A stretch of 64,000 nucleotides of DNA from Nitrososphaerota archaeon (lineage in GTDB: Archaea > Thermoproteota > Nitrososphaeria_A > Caldarchaeales > Caldarchaeaceae): NCBI GenBank assembly GCA_041641305.1, contig JBEPYN010000001.1:416001-480000 (forward strand), given 5' to 3'. This document shows positions 10,005-19,358 of this stretch, piece after piece. The position numbers and the translations under genes were made by a program. Position 1 is the stretch's first letter; each line of letters starts with the position of its first letter. Under the pieces are notes generated by a model. It did not search any database. It worked only from the letters and a program-made list of their open reading frames with translations, and was not told the DNA's origin.

Positions 10005-11189
10005 ATGAAGGTGGCGTTAGCTTACAGCGGTGGACTTGACACAACTGTGATGATTAAGTGGATAAGCCAGAGATACAACGCCGAGGTGGTGACAGTTACA
10101 GTCGACGTTGGACAGGATGAGGATTTTTCCGAAATAGAGGAGAAGGCTTACAAAAGCGGCGCCGTCAAGCACTACAGCATAGATGCGAAGAAAAAATTTG
10201 CCGACGAGTTTCTTTCACGGGCGATTAAGGCGAACGCGATGTATGAAAGGAGCTATCCTCTTTCATCTGCTTTGAGCAGGCCTTTGATAGCCGAAGAGAC
10301 TGCGAAGGTTGCTTTGAAGGAGGGATGTGACGCGGTTGCCCATGGATGCACGGGGAAAGGGAACGACCAGCTGCGGTTTGACGCGACCTTCGCAGCCGTT
10401 GCACCGGACCTCAAGATAATCGCTCCTGTAAGAGAGTGGAATATGAGCAGAGATGAGGAGATCGAGTATGCACTGGAGCACAACCTTCCCGTCAACCCTG
10501 TCAAAAGCCGCTTCAGCATAGATGAGAACCTCTGGGGCCGCTCTATAGAGGCCGCTGAACTCGAAGACCCATGGACGGAGCCGCCAACCGAGGCTTTCAA
10601 ACTCGTTAAACCCCTCGACCAAACACCTGACAAGCCCGAGGAATTCACCATAGGCTTCAGAAACGGTGTCCCCGAATACATCAACGGCGACAGAAAAGAT
10701 CTCGTGACACTTGTTAGAATGCTGAATGTGTTGGGAGGGATGCATGGCTACGGGTTGGTCGACCATGTAGAGGACCGCGTCGTTGGCCTAAAGTCCCGAG
10801 AGGTTTACGAGGTCCCCGCGGCCCTCATCCTAATCAACGCGCACATGGATCTTGAGAAGATGTTTCTTGGGAGACGGTTCCAAGCATTCAAGCAGCAGGT
10901 GGATAACCTTTGGGCGGATCTTGTCTACTCGGGTCTATGGATGGACCCGCTGCGAAAGGCTCTTGACGCGTTTATCGACGAGTCGCAGAAGGGGTTGGAT
11001 GGGGAGGTGCGTCTAAGGCTTTACAAAGGCTCGCTGCGGGTAGTTGGTCGGCGTGGAGAGAAGCCGCTCTACTCGCCAAAATACATCACCTATGCTCGTG
11101 AGAGTGTTTTTGACCAGAGGGCTGGTGAAGGCTTTTCAAAGCTGTGGAGCCTCGAGACACGGCTTAGCAGTCTGAGGGAGAAGGAGTAG
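10005..11189 (+). CDS. argG: Argininosuccinate synthase
   Basis: LAYSGGLDT, HGCTGKGNDQ, SIDENLWGRS, KSREVYE. Confidence 0.97.
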   Translation: MKVALAYSGGLDTTVMIKWISQRYNAEVVTVTVDVGQDEDFSEIEEKAYKSGAVKHYSIDAKKKFADEFLSRAIKANAMYERSYPLSSALSRPLIAEETAKVALKEGCDAVAHGCTGKGNDQLRFDATFAAVAPDLKIIAPVREWNMSRDEEIEYALEHNLPVNPVKSRFSIDENLWGRSIEAAELEDPWTEPPTEAFKLVKPLDQTPDKPEEFTIGFRNGVPEYINGDRKDLVTLVRMLNVLGGMHGYGLVDHVEDRVVGLKSREVYEVPAALILINAHMDLEKMFLGRRFQAFKQQVDNLWADLVYSGLWMDPLRKALDAFIDESQKGLDGEVRLRLYKGSLRVVGRRGEKPLYSPKYITYARESVFDQRAGEGFSKLWSLETRLSSLREKE

Positions 11190-11192
11190 CTG

Positions 11193-12626
11193 ATGGATGC
11201 GCCACATAGAGCGGCGTTATCGCGAGGGATGGATGAGGACGCGGCACGCTACACATCATCCGCGGCATTCGACACAGAAATTTACGAGACCACGGTTTAC
11301 GTCAACGCGGCCCACATCAAAATGCTCGAGAAACAAGGCCTCCTAAACAGGGAGTCGGCGGAAAAGGCTCTCACAACCCTGAGACATCTTCTCCAAACTC
11401 GGCAAACACCACCACCCACAGTAGAGGATATCCACATCTATCTCGAGCAACTTCTTTCCGAAAAAGCACCCGAGGCCGCTGAGATGCTCGCTCTCGGCAA
11501 AAGCAGGAATGACGCGGTCGTCGCGGCCGTGAAAATCGAGGTGAGACGTAGAGCATACAAAATCGCTGATATGGCGCTCGATGCTGTTGAATCGCTTGTG
11601 AGGAAAAGCGGCGAGCATGCGGCCACGGTTTTCCCTGTTTACACCCATCTCCAGAGAGCCGCTCCCGCTACGTTCGGGTTTGTTTTACAGTCCTATGCAA
11701 TCCGCCTACTGAGGTGCTGCAACTCACTTCTCACCATGCTTGAGGCATGTGAGGAGTCTCCCCTCGGCTCCGCGGCTGTTGCGGGAACATCCGTGCCCGT
11801 GGACCGCGAATACATAGCTCAGCTCCTCGGGTTTAGGAGAACGAGCTTGAACGCCCTTGAGGCCACGGCTTCCCGCGAATTTCTTACCCTAGTTCTGTCT
11901 CCTCTACATGTCACAGCCTTGGTTCTATCCTCATTCGCTGAGGAGATTGTTCTCTACGCGTCGGAGGAGTTCGGCCTCATCCAGATACCTGAGGAGCTCG
12001 CCGCCACCAGCAGCATCATGCCGCAGAAGAGAAACCCCGTCGTAGCCGAGATAATGAGGACAAAGGCCTCGGAGGTGCTGGGGCTTCTCGCCACGGTTTC
12101 GGGGATTTTGTCGCGGCAGCCGAGCGGCTACAACCTTGACCTACAGCAGGTGACTCCGAAGGTTTGGCAGGCTCTAAGAGAGGTTTCTGAAAGCCTCCAT
12201 ATGATGAGAAAACTCGTGGAGAAAATTGAGGTTAACAGGGAGAAGGCCTGGGAGGCCTGCGCCCCTCCCACGGCCGCAGTCGAGCTCGCAAACCACCTAA
12301 CCCTGAAACATGGAATAGGCTTCAGGAAAGCACATCAGATAGCGGCGAAAATCAGCCGAAGCATCGCCGAACAAAACCTCACACAGGAGAGGCTCGACAC
12401 AATCTTCCAAGAGCATGGGCTAAAACCACTATACGCAATCGGGGAAGTTCTTTCTCTGATGAACCCAGACGCCGCCGTTAAACGCTACACGGCACCTGGC
12501 TCGGCAAACCCAACCATGGTCTCCGAGAACGTTGAAAAGCTCCTCAAAACGGTTGAGGAGATTAGAAACCGTGTAGAAGTGGAGCGGCGTGTTCTCGAAG
12601 ATTGTTTAAAGAGATTGCTGAGCTGA
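11193..12626 (+). CDS. argH: Argininosuccinate lyase
   Basis: KSRND, YTHLQRA, SSIMPQKRNP. Confidence 0.95.
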   Translation: MDAPHRAALSRGMDEDAARYTSSAAFDTEIYETTVYVNAAHIKMLEKQGLLNRESAEKALTTLRHLLQTRQTPPPTVEDIHIYLEQLLSEKAPEAAEMLALGKSRNDAVVAAVKIEVRRRAYKIADMALDAVESLVRKSGEHAATVFPVYTHLQRAAPATFGFVLQSYAIRLLRCCNSLLTMLEACEESPLGSAAVAGTSVPVDREYIAQLLGFRRTSLNALEATASREFLTLVLSPLHVTALVLSSFAEEIVLYASEEFGLIQIPEELAATSSIMPQKRNPVVAEIMRTKASEVLGLLATVSGILSRQPSGYNLDLQQVTPKVWQALREVSESLHMMRKLVEKIEVNREKAWEACAPPTAAVELANHLTLKHGIGFRKAHQIAAKISRSIAEQNLTQERLDTIFQEHGLKPLYAIGEVLSLMNPDAAVKRYTAPGSANPTMVSENVEKLLKTVEEIRNRVEVERRVLEDCLKRLLS

Positions 12627-13688
12627 GTCCATCTCTCTGACGAACTCCACATATATCTGGGCCGCTGTCATGATGTCTTTTATTTCGACTGCTTCGGCGG
12701 ATGTGTGGGCTAGGGTTGAGTCGCCGGGTCCGCATGCAACGATGTTGGGTGTCACGGCTACGAGTGTGTTCATGTCGCTTGTCCCAGTTTTCTTCACGAT
12801 GCGCGGCTTCAGCCCCAGCCTGAGCATAGCCCTCTGAAGCGCTCTCGCAGCAAGGTTGTTCACGTTGGTGACCACGGGCTCTGTCACGTCGATGACCTCT
12901 ATCTGGCAGTCAGCTATCTTCACGAACTCCTCCAGCTTTGACAGTATCTCCTTCGAGCTGTATGGATGGGGGAACCTGATGTTGATGCTTCCCTCGGCTC
13001 TGTCAGGTATTCTGCTCACCCAGTCACCAGCGTGAAGCGTTGTGAGGGCGGAGGTCACCTCCTCATACCTCTTCCCGCCATAGTGTTCTTCTACAAGTTT
13101 CCATAAATGGAGAATTTTCTCGAGAGCCGATTCGGCGATGTAGGGAGCTGAGGCATGGCCTCCACGCGCTTGGGCCCTTATCTTTACGCTCAAGCTTCCT
13201 CTGTATGAGAGGGCGATTCCAGTTGTCCCGGTTGGCTCGCCTATGATTATAGCGTCTGCTTCGAGACCTTCTTCGACAAGCTTCTTAGCACCGTAGCCAT
13301 TGCCCTCCTCATCCACCAGCCCGGCAACTATGAGGCGGATGTTTTTCAGTTTTGATGCGGCTGCGCTTCCTGCGAGAAGCATGGCTGAGAGAGGGCCTTT
13401 GGCGTCAACCGCGCCTCTGCCATAAACCTTGCCCTCGGAAACACGGACACGAAGCTCCCCGGGAACGGTGTCAACGTGGCTCACCAGCATAACCGTCCTC
13501 CCGCCACTTCCCGCGGCCGCGAAATAGTTGCCCACCTCATCCCGCCAAAAATCTCTGTAACCAAGGTCGCTGCAGACCCTGAACCATGTTCGCTCAAGCC
13601 TACGCTCCTCCCCCGGCGGTGTGTAAACTTCGAGAAGCTGGACAAGCGTCGAGACCGCTGTCTCCCTGTGGATTTCCACCGCGTTCAA
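12606..13688 (-). CDS. lysK: [LysW]-lysine/ornithine hydrolase (M20 family)
   Basis: SHVDTVPG, GRGAVDAKG, DEEG, GEPT, GTSDMN, GPGDSTLAHT; lysW cluster context. Confidence 0.9.
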   Translation of the reverse strand: MNAVEIHRETAVSTLVQLLEVYTPPGEERRLERTWFRVCSDLGYRDFWRDEVGNYFAAAGSGGRTVMLVSHVDTVPGELRVRVSEGKVYGRGAVDAKGPLSAMLLAGSAAASKLKNIRLIVAGLVDEEGNGYGAKKLVEEGLEADAIIIGEPTGTTGIALSYRGSLSVKIRAQARGGHASAPYIAESALEKILHLWKLVEEHYGGKRYEEVTSALTTLHAGDWVSRIPDRAEGSINIRFPHPYSSKEILSKLEEFVKIADCQIEVIDVTEPVVTNVNNLAARALQRAMLRLGLKPRIVKKTGTSDMNTLVAVTPNIVACGPGDSTLAHTSAEAVEIKDIMTAAQIYVEFVREMDSAQQSL

Positions 13689-13771
13689 TCCTTTTTCCAG
13701 AAAACTTGGTGAAACAGTTTTGTATTAAGTGTTTACGCAACCCTTTTAACACCAGATACGATTGGATAAGC

Positions 13772-15109
13772 ATGGCGGATCGTGTCAAAACCGTGATCAT
13801 GGGAGCCGCGGGACGTGACAGGGCCCTTCTCTGAAGGCCCCACGATTTCCATAACTTCAACGTCTTCTTCCGAGGTAACGAGCGATATGAGGTTGTGGCG
13901 TTTACGGCAGCTCAGATACCTGGCATAGCTGGACGCGTTTATCCCCCTACACTCTCTGGCCCACTCTACCCCGACGGCATACCCATATATGATGAAGAGA
14001 GGCTTCCAGAAATAGTTGAGAGACATGGCGTCAGACTTGTTGTGTTCTCCTACAGCGACCTTACCCATGTAGAGTTGATGAACAAGGCTTCCAAGGTCCT
14101 TGCGCTGGGTTGCGACTTCATGCTTCTAGGCCCGCGCTCAACAATGCTCAGGTCAAGGAAGAAGGTTGTAGCTGTTACGGCTGTGAAGACCGGTGCTGGG
14201 AAAAGCACAGTATCGCGGCTGCTCGTCAAGCTTCTCAGGGAAAAGGGTGTTAAACCCGTTGTCGTCCGCCACCCCATGCCATATGGCGTTTTAGAGAAGC
14301 AGGTCGTGCAACGTTTCTCCAGCCTAGACGACCTTGAAATTCACAGATGCAGCATCGAGGAGCGGGAGGAGATTGAGCCGCATCTCCGAGAAGGCAACAT
14401 AGTCTACACAGGCGTCGACTATGAGATGGTTCTCAGGGAGGCTGAAAAAGAGGGTGATGTGATTGTCTGGGATGGTGGAAACAACGACCTGCCCTTCTAC
14501 TGGCCAGACCTCCACATAACCGTTGTAGACGCGACACGGCCTGAACTGATAACCAACAGCTACCCAGGAGAGGCCAACATCTACATGGCCGACGTAGTAG
14601 TCTTGCACAAGGTTGACAAAGTTTCGAAGGAGCAGCTCGACAAAGCAGTTGAGATCGTGAGAAGCTTGAACCCTAGGGCGGAGGTCGTATCCACGGCTTC
14701 CAAGATACGTATAGAGGATGATGCATCGCTTAGAGGACGAAGGGTCGTCGTGGTAGAGGATTCGCCGTCGGTCACACACGGTGGGATGAGTGTGGGAGCC
14801 GGCTACATAGCAGCCGTAAACGCGGGCGCATCAATCGTCGACCCACGGCCCTACGCCGTCGGAACCATAGCCAAACTATACCGAGAATATACTCATCTAG
14901 GGCCGGTTGTTCCCGCTCTGGGCTACACCGAGGAGCAGTTAAGAGACCTTGGCGAAACTCTCAGGAGAGTCGAGGCAGAGATGATAGTTTCCGCGAGCCC
15001 CGCCGATTTCACCAAGTTAATAGATTGTGGGAAGCCTCTTGTTAGGGTGTGGTATGATGCTGAGCAGGTTTCGGGCACGCCGTTGTCAACTTTTCTCAGA
15101 AGGCTGTAG
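13772..15109 (+). CDS. Arginine synthetase ArcE / cyclic 2,3-diphosphoglycerate synthetase-like P-loop protein, intron-split: join(13772..13819,13847..15109), 436 aa
   Basis: Spliced N-terminus MADRVKTVIMGAAGRD|FHNFNVFFRGNERYEVVAFTAAQIP; GAGKST P-loop, RHPMPYG, WDGGNNDLPF, VVEDSPSVTHGGM. Confidence 0.85.
13820..13846 (+). other. 27-nt bulge-helix-bulge (archaeal splicing-endonuclease type) intron in a protein-coding gene
   Basis: GGA-CGTG-AC^A-GGGCC(C)TTC-TCT-GAAGGCCC-CACG-AT^T-TCC; 4-bp central helix CGTG/CACG, two 3-nt bulges, in-frame TGA at 13832-13834; removal restores the reading frame and motif. Confidence 0.88.
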
Positions 15110-16267
15110 ACGCTGAAACTCTTCAGCGGTTTTCCTCAAGGTCTCAGCCGCGAAAAGTATGTCTTCTCGGGTTATTAGGTAGGGTGGGAGAAAACGGAGG
15201 ACTGTGAGACCCGCCTTGAACCCTATCAATCCATTTTTCTGAAGCATCTTGATAAACTGGGTGGTTGTCGTCCGCATTTCAAGCCCTATCATCAGCCCCG
15301 TCTGCCTAAGATCCCTGAAAACCCGGCCATAGTCTTGTAGAAGAGGCTTGAACTCTTCTGACAGCATCGCTCCCTTGACCTCGGCTTGCTCAGGGATGTT
15401 TTCCTCGAGGAGAACATGTGTCGCCGCGGTTATGGCCGCGAGCGCGAGAGGGTTGCCGCCGTAGGTTGAGCCATGGTCCGTGTCCTTCACCCTCGAGGCC
15501 GCCTCCTCAGTAACAGCTATCAGGCTCGCGGGGAAGCCCCCGGCAACCGCTTTCGCAGCCGTCAACATATCCGGCTTAATCCCACCCCTCTCATGGGCCC
15601 ATACAACCCCAGTTCTTCCAAACCCAGACTGAACCTCGTCAACAATAACATACACACCCAGCTCCCTCGCCTTCTTCTCAACAGCCCTCATAAACTCTGG
15701 CTTCGCCGGGATGATGCCACCTTCGCCTTGCACAGGCTCAAAAATCACCGCCGCAAACTCCTCGCTCAGCTTCTCCTCAACAGCTCCCGCGTCGTTGAAT
15801 GGTGCGAAAACCACTTCAAACGGAAACGGGTCAAAACCTTCTCGGTACTTCGGGTTCCAAGTCGCCGAGAGAGCGGCCATGGTTCTGCCGTGGAAACCGT
15901 TGTTGAAGGCAAGCACTTTTCTTCTGCCCGTCAGCTTGCGGCTCAGCTTGAGAGCCATCTCCACCGCTTCGGAGCCGCTGTTTAGAAAAAACACACGTGT
16001 CAGGTGGGGTGGAAGGATTTTTCCAAGCGCGTCAAGACATTCATCTAGCACGTCGGTGTCGAAGGCTGGGGTTATCGTCATGTAGCGGCTGAGCTGCTCC
16101 TCCAAAGCCTTCACCACACGTGGATGACGGTGTCCGAGAAAAGCCGCACCATATCCCATGTAAAAATCGAGATATCTTCTGCCTCCGCTGTCCCACACAT
16201 ACTGCCCCTCAGCACGTGCCACACGCAGTCCACGGGGGGCGGCGAACCTAAGCAGAGAAACAGTCAC
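15086..16267 (-). CDS. lysJ: [LysW]-aminoadipate semialdehyde/glutamate semialdehyde transaminase (class III PLP)
   Basis: NSGSEAVE, FHGRT, EPVQGEGG, DEVQSGFGRTG, HGSTYGGNPLA. Confidence 0.9.
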   Translation of the reverse strand: MTVSLLRFAAPRGLRVARAEGQYVWDSGGRRYLDFYMGYGAAFLGHRHPRVVKALEEQLSRYMTITPAFDTDVLDECLDALGKILPPHLTRVFFLNSGSEAVEMALKLSRKLTGRRKVLAFNNGFHGRTMAALSATWNPKYREGFDPFPFEVVFAPFNDAGAVEEKLSEEFAAVIFEPVQGEGGIIPAKPEFMRAVEKKARELGVYVIVDEVQSGFGRTGVVWAHERGGIKPDMLTAAKAVAGGFPASLIAVTEEAASRVKDTDHGSTYGGNPLALAAITAATHVLLEENIPEQAEVKGAMLSEEFKPLLQDYGRVFRDLRQTGLMIGLEMRTTTTQFIKMLQKNGLIGFKAGLTVLRFLPPYLITREDILFAAETLRKTAEEFQRLQPSEKS

Positions 16268-17109
16268 CGCTTCAACACCTCAACACTCTTCTCGACTATC
16301 TTTGTCGGCAAATCATAGCCTGTGACAAGTACAGTGTTCCTGAACTCGACCACGCCGTTCACCTCGTTGACAAGCATACCTTTCTCCCGTGACTCGAGAA
16401 CATCTACTCCGAGGACTCCTCCGCCGACTGCGTCACCTGCCTTGATGACGAGGTCTGCGAGCTCGTCGGTCACGGGACATGGCTGAGCTTTTCCGCCGAG
16501 GGCTGTGTTTGTTTTCCAGTTTTTGCTCACCCTGTAAATTGCGACGGGGACTTCACCCCATACGTAGAAGGCTCGGATATCTCTCTCGGGCTTGTCGACA
16601 TGCTCCTGTATGTAGTGTATCTTCATCTGCGGATTTGGCATGTTCTCCCTCAGCTCGAGTATGTCGAGAAGCGACTGCTCATCGAAGGCTCTCGCGATGT
16701 TTCTTCCCCAGCTTCCCGAAATAGGTTTAACAACTACTGGAAACCCTATCTTCCTCGCGGCCTTCAACGCTGTTTCCCTGTTTAAGGCAATCGCTGTCAC
16801 GGGGGTGGGGACGTTTTTTCGGGCCAGCAGACATGATGTAAGAAGTTTGTCGGCTGAGTTGCGGAGCACTTGGGTGTTGTTCACGACTATGTAGCCGCTT
16901 CTCTCAAATATGGCGGTGGTGGCGGCGGCCCTGTTGTAGCTGACACAGCGTTGGATGATGAAGTCGGCGTCGAGGCCATTTCCCTCGTTTATCCAGAATT
17001 CTCTCGCGACAACATGTATGGGAAGAGGTTTGTGCCCGAGATTGTTTATAGACTGGAGTAGAGCCTTCTCCTCAAACCGCACAACGTCGTAGGAGAGGCC
17101 GATGTTCAT
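16264..17109 (-). CDS. lysX: LysW-aminoadipate/glutamate ligase (RimK ATP-grasp, LysX/ArgX)
   Basis: VVKPISGSWG, YIQEHV, RDIR, WKTNTALGG, VNEVN. Confidence 0.92.
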   Translation of the reverse strand: MNIGLSYDVVRFEEKALLQSINNLGHKPLPIHVVAREFWINEGNGLDADFIIQRCVSYNRAAATTAIFERSGYIVVNNTQVLRNSADKLLTSCLLARKNVPTPVTAIALNRETALKAARKIGFPVVVKPISGSWGRNIARAFDEQSLLDILELRENMPNPQMKIHYIQEHVDKPERDIRAFYVWGEVPVAIYRVSKNWKTNTALGGKAQPCPVTDELADLVIKAGDAVGGGVLGVDVLESREKGMLVNEVNGVVEFRNTVLVTGYDLPTKIVEKSVEVLKR

Positions 17110-17112
17110 CCG

Positions 17113-17295
17113 CTACTGGCCCCAGTCTTCCGCAACCTCTTCAGCAACTTTGAGTGAAGCTGTGTTCTTTTCATCCATGAAGTATTCCAGCTGGGCGCCG
17201 CAGTCCCCGCACTCAAACAACTCGCCGGGCAACGCGTCGTTCGGCACCTCCACGGACGCTCCGCAGACCGGACAGTTCAAAGAGGGCATACTCAT
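17113..17295 (-). CDS. lysW: Amino-group carrier protein LysW (C-terminus EDWGQ)
   Basis: CPVCG...CGDCG zinc finger, acidic, ends EEVAEDWGQ. Confidence 0.92.
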   Translation of the reverse strand: MSMPSLNCPVCGASVEVPNDALPGELFECGDCGAQLEYFMDEKNTASLKVAEEVAEDWGQ

Positions 17296-17409
17296 TACCT
17301 CGCGGGACGTAATCGTAACGCCCTTATTTAAATCGTTATAGTTGTGGTGGAAATTTGTCGTGGGTCGGATGGTTTTTTCCGATTATCGTAATTGTCTAAA
17401 CATCCTTCG

Positions 17410-18216
17410 TCAACCGACGATAACCGTCCCGCCGCCTAAATCAGCCGCTTCAACAGGGTCGGCGACAAGCCCAGTGCATATGTGCGCCCTCTTTACACCT
17501 GATTGCACAGCCCTGGCGGCCATCATCACTTTGCGGTTCATGCCCGGCCCTATTTTGTCCAGTATCTCAAGCGCCTGTGCAGCGGTTAGACTCTTAACCA
17601 GCTCACCGTCAAGCAGCAACCCATCAACATCAGTGAGGAGATACAGCTTGTCTGCGTGTATGCTGCTTGCTATGGCGGCTGCGGCCGAGTCGCCGTCTAC
17701 GTTGAGTAATTCGCCTTCCTCCCCTATTGCGAGTGGTGAGACAACGAGCACAACCCCGAGCTCGAGTAGACGTTTTATGAATTGTGCGTCGACCTCTGTG
17801 ATTGTTCCCGTGTATCCGCCGTCGACCACACGTTTGCGTCCTCTTTCGTCGACTATCACGATTTTCTTCTTTCTCTGGGCTTTGATGATCGAAGCATCTA
17901 CTCCCGAGAGGTTTACAGCTTTAACGCCCAGCTTGTTGAGGTAGGCGGCAATCTCCTTGCCGAGTTTTCCGGCCATAACCATGGTGTAAACCTCTATCTC
18001 AGCGGAGTCGGTGAGCCTGCTTCTCACACCCGAGGGTGAGACAACTATCTTCGGCTCAACACCCAGCCGACGCTCAAACTCCGAAACAATATCTCCCCCA
18101 CCGTGGACGAAAACCACTCCATCCGAGGAATGCCGCGCGACTGACTGGAGTATGTTTTGTCTGTTCGACGCGAGAGCTCTACCACCTGCCTTGACAACTA
18201 TCACGGAATAGCTCAT
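17410..18216 (-). CDS. lysZ: [LysW]-aminoadipate/glutamate kinase
   Basis: VVKAGG, VHGGG, SPSGVRSRLTD, GGYTG, LLNVDGD. Confidence 0.92.
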   Translation of the reverse strand: MSYSVIVVKAGGRALASNRQNILQSVARHSSDGVVFVHGGGDIVSEFERRLGVEPKIVVSPSGVRSRLTDSAEIEVYTMVMAGKLGKEIAAYLNKLGVKAVNLSGVDASIIKAQRKKKIVIVDERGRKRVVDGGYTGTITEVDAQFIKRLLELGVVLVVSPLAIGEEGELLNVDGDSAAAAIASSIHADKLYLLTDVDGLLLDGELVKSLTAAQALEILDKIGPGMNRKVMMAARAVQSGVKRAHICTGLVADPVEAADLGGGTVIVG

Positions 18217-18234
18217 CCCGATGTGGATTTAAGG

Positions 18235-19302
18235 TTAGGCTGGGCGCAGAGGAGGATAGTTGAGACCGTCTCTTTCATCGAAGCCGTGCATGATGTTGAA
18301 ACACTGAACCGCCTGCCCAGCCGCACCCTTCATCAGGTTATCAATCGCCGCGAAAAGAGCCGCGCGTCCTATCCTTTTCTCCACGGCGAAACCCACGTCA
18401 GCAAAATTGCTGCCCACAACATATTTTGGGTCAGGATACCTGAAAGGCGCCCCATGAACTATCCTTATGAAGGGCTCCTTGGCGTAGCGGCTTGCATACA
18501 CTTTCCAGACATTGTTTTCATCAGTTTCCTCGTTTAGAAACCATACATGAGCTGTTGCAAGTGCTCCGCGTACTGCTCCGACGGCGTGCGGAACCAGTGC
18601 TACCTTTACCGGCTTTTTCGCAAGCAGAGAGAGCTCCTGCTCAACCTCGGCAACATGCCTATGCCCCTCCGCCTCATACGGCCTCATCACGTTAGCTCTC
18701 TCCGGATGATGGGTGCCCAGCGAAGGCTTTATCCCAGCCTCACTGCTCCCAACCTTGACGTCAACAACAATCCTCTCCAAATCAATCAACCCCTGCTCTA
18801 CGGCGGGAACAAGAGCTATCAACGCTGCAGTAGAGTTGCAGCCGGGACAAGCGACGAGCGACGCTGTTTTGATAAATTCTCTGTATATTTCGGGCAAACC
18901 ATAAACCGCTTTGTCCAAGAGCTCGGGCCTCGGATGCTTCGTCTCATACCACTTCTCGTAGTCAGCGGGCTTTCTTAAGCGGAAGTCGGCGCTGAGGTCG
19001 AGGACTCGGAGGCCTCTGTCAAGGAACTGCGGTGTCAATGTGGAGGATACGCCGTGTGGTGTGTTGACGAAGACTGTGTCACATTTCTCGACAAGTGCTT
19101 CGACATTTACTTCGGAGAACTTGAGACCTTTGTAGAAGCCGCGGAGATGAGGATGGATTGCTGTAAAGGGCTTGCCAGCATATTCCCGTGATGTTACATA
19201 GGTTACTTCAACGTTTGGATGGACCGCGAGAATTCTTAGAAGCTCTCCTCCTGTGTATCCGGAGCCGCCGACTAAACCTACACGGACAACCATTCCAGCC
19301 AC
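18235..19302 (-). CDS. lysY: [LysW]-aminoadipyl/glutamyl-phosphate reductase (ArgC family)
   Basis: GGSGYTGGEL, DLSADFRL, ACPGC, DNLMKGAAGQAVQ. Confidence 0.93.
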   Translation of the reverse strand: MAGMVVRVGLVGGSGYTGGELLRILAVHPNVEVTYVTSREYAGKPFTAIHPHLRGFYKGLKFSEVNVEALVEKCDTVFVNTPHGVSSTLTPQFLDRGLRVLDLSADFRLRKPADYEKWYETKHPRPELLDKAVYGLPEIYREFIKTASLVACPGCNSTAALIALVPAVEQGLIDLERIVVDVKVGSSEAGIKPSLGTHHPERANVMRPYEAEGHRHVAEVEQELSLLAKKPVKVALVPHAVGAVRGALATAHVWFLNEETDENNVWKVYASRYAKEPFIRIVHGAPFRYPDPKYVVGSNFADVGFAVEKRIGRAALFAAIDNLMKGAAGQAVQCFNIMHGFDERDGLNYPPLRPA

Positions 19303-19358
19303 ATATCCTGCCCCCTTTTTTATAAAGCATATTATTTACTCCGTTACTTCTACTGCCG

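Noticed and set aside
13832-13834. In-frame TGA as selenocysteine/readthrough or simple pseudogene
   Set aside because: Readthrough would leave 9 extra residues inside a conserved motif, whereas BHB excision restores it exactly; the rest of the gene is intact.
13895-15109. ORF-track start at GTG 13895
   Set aside because: It omits the conserved GAAGRDFHNFN N-terminus, which is encoded upstream from ATG 13772.
17296-17409. LysM operator upstream of lysW (repeated ATCGT, TCGGA/TCCGA)
   Set aside because: The motifs are too short and not clearly shared with other promoters in the cluster.
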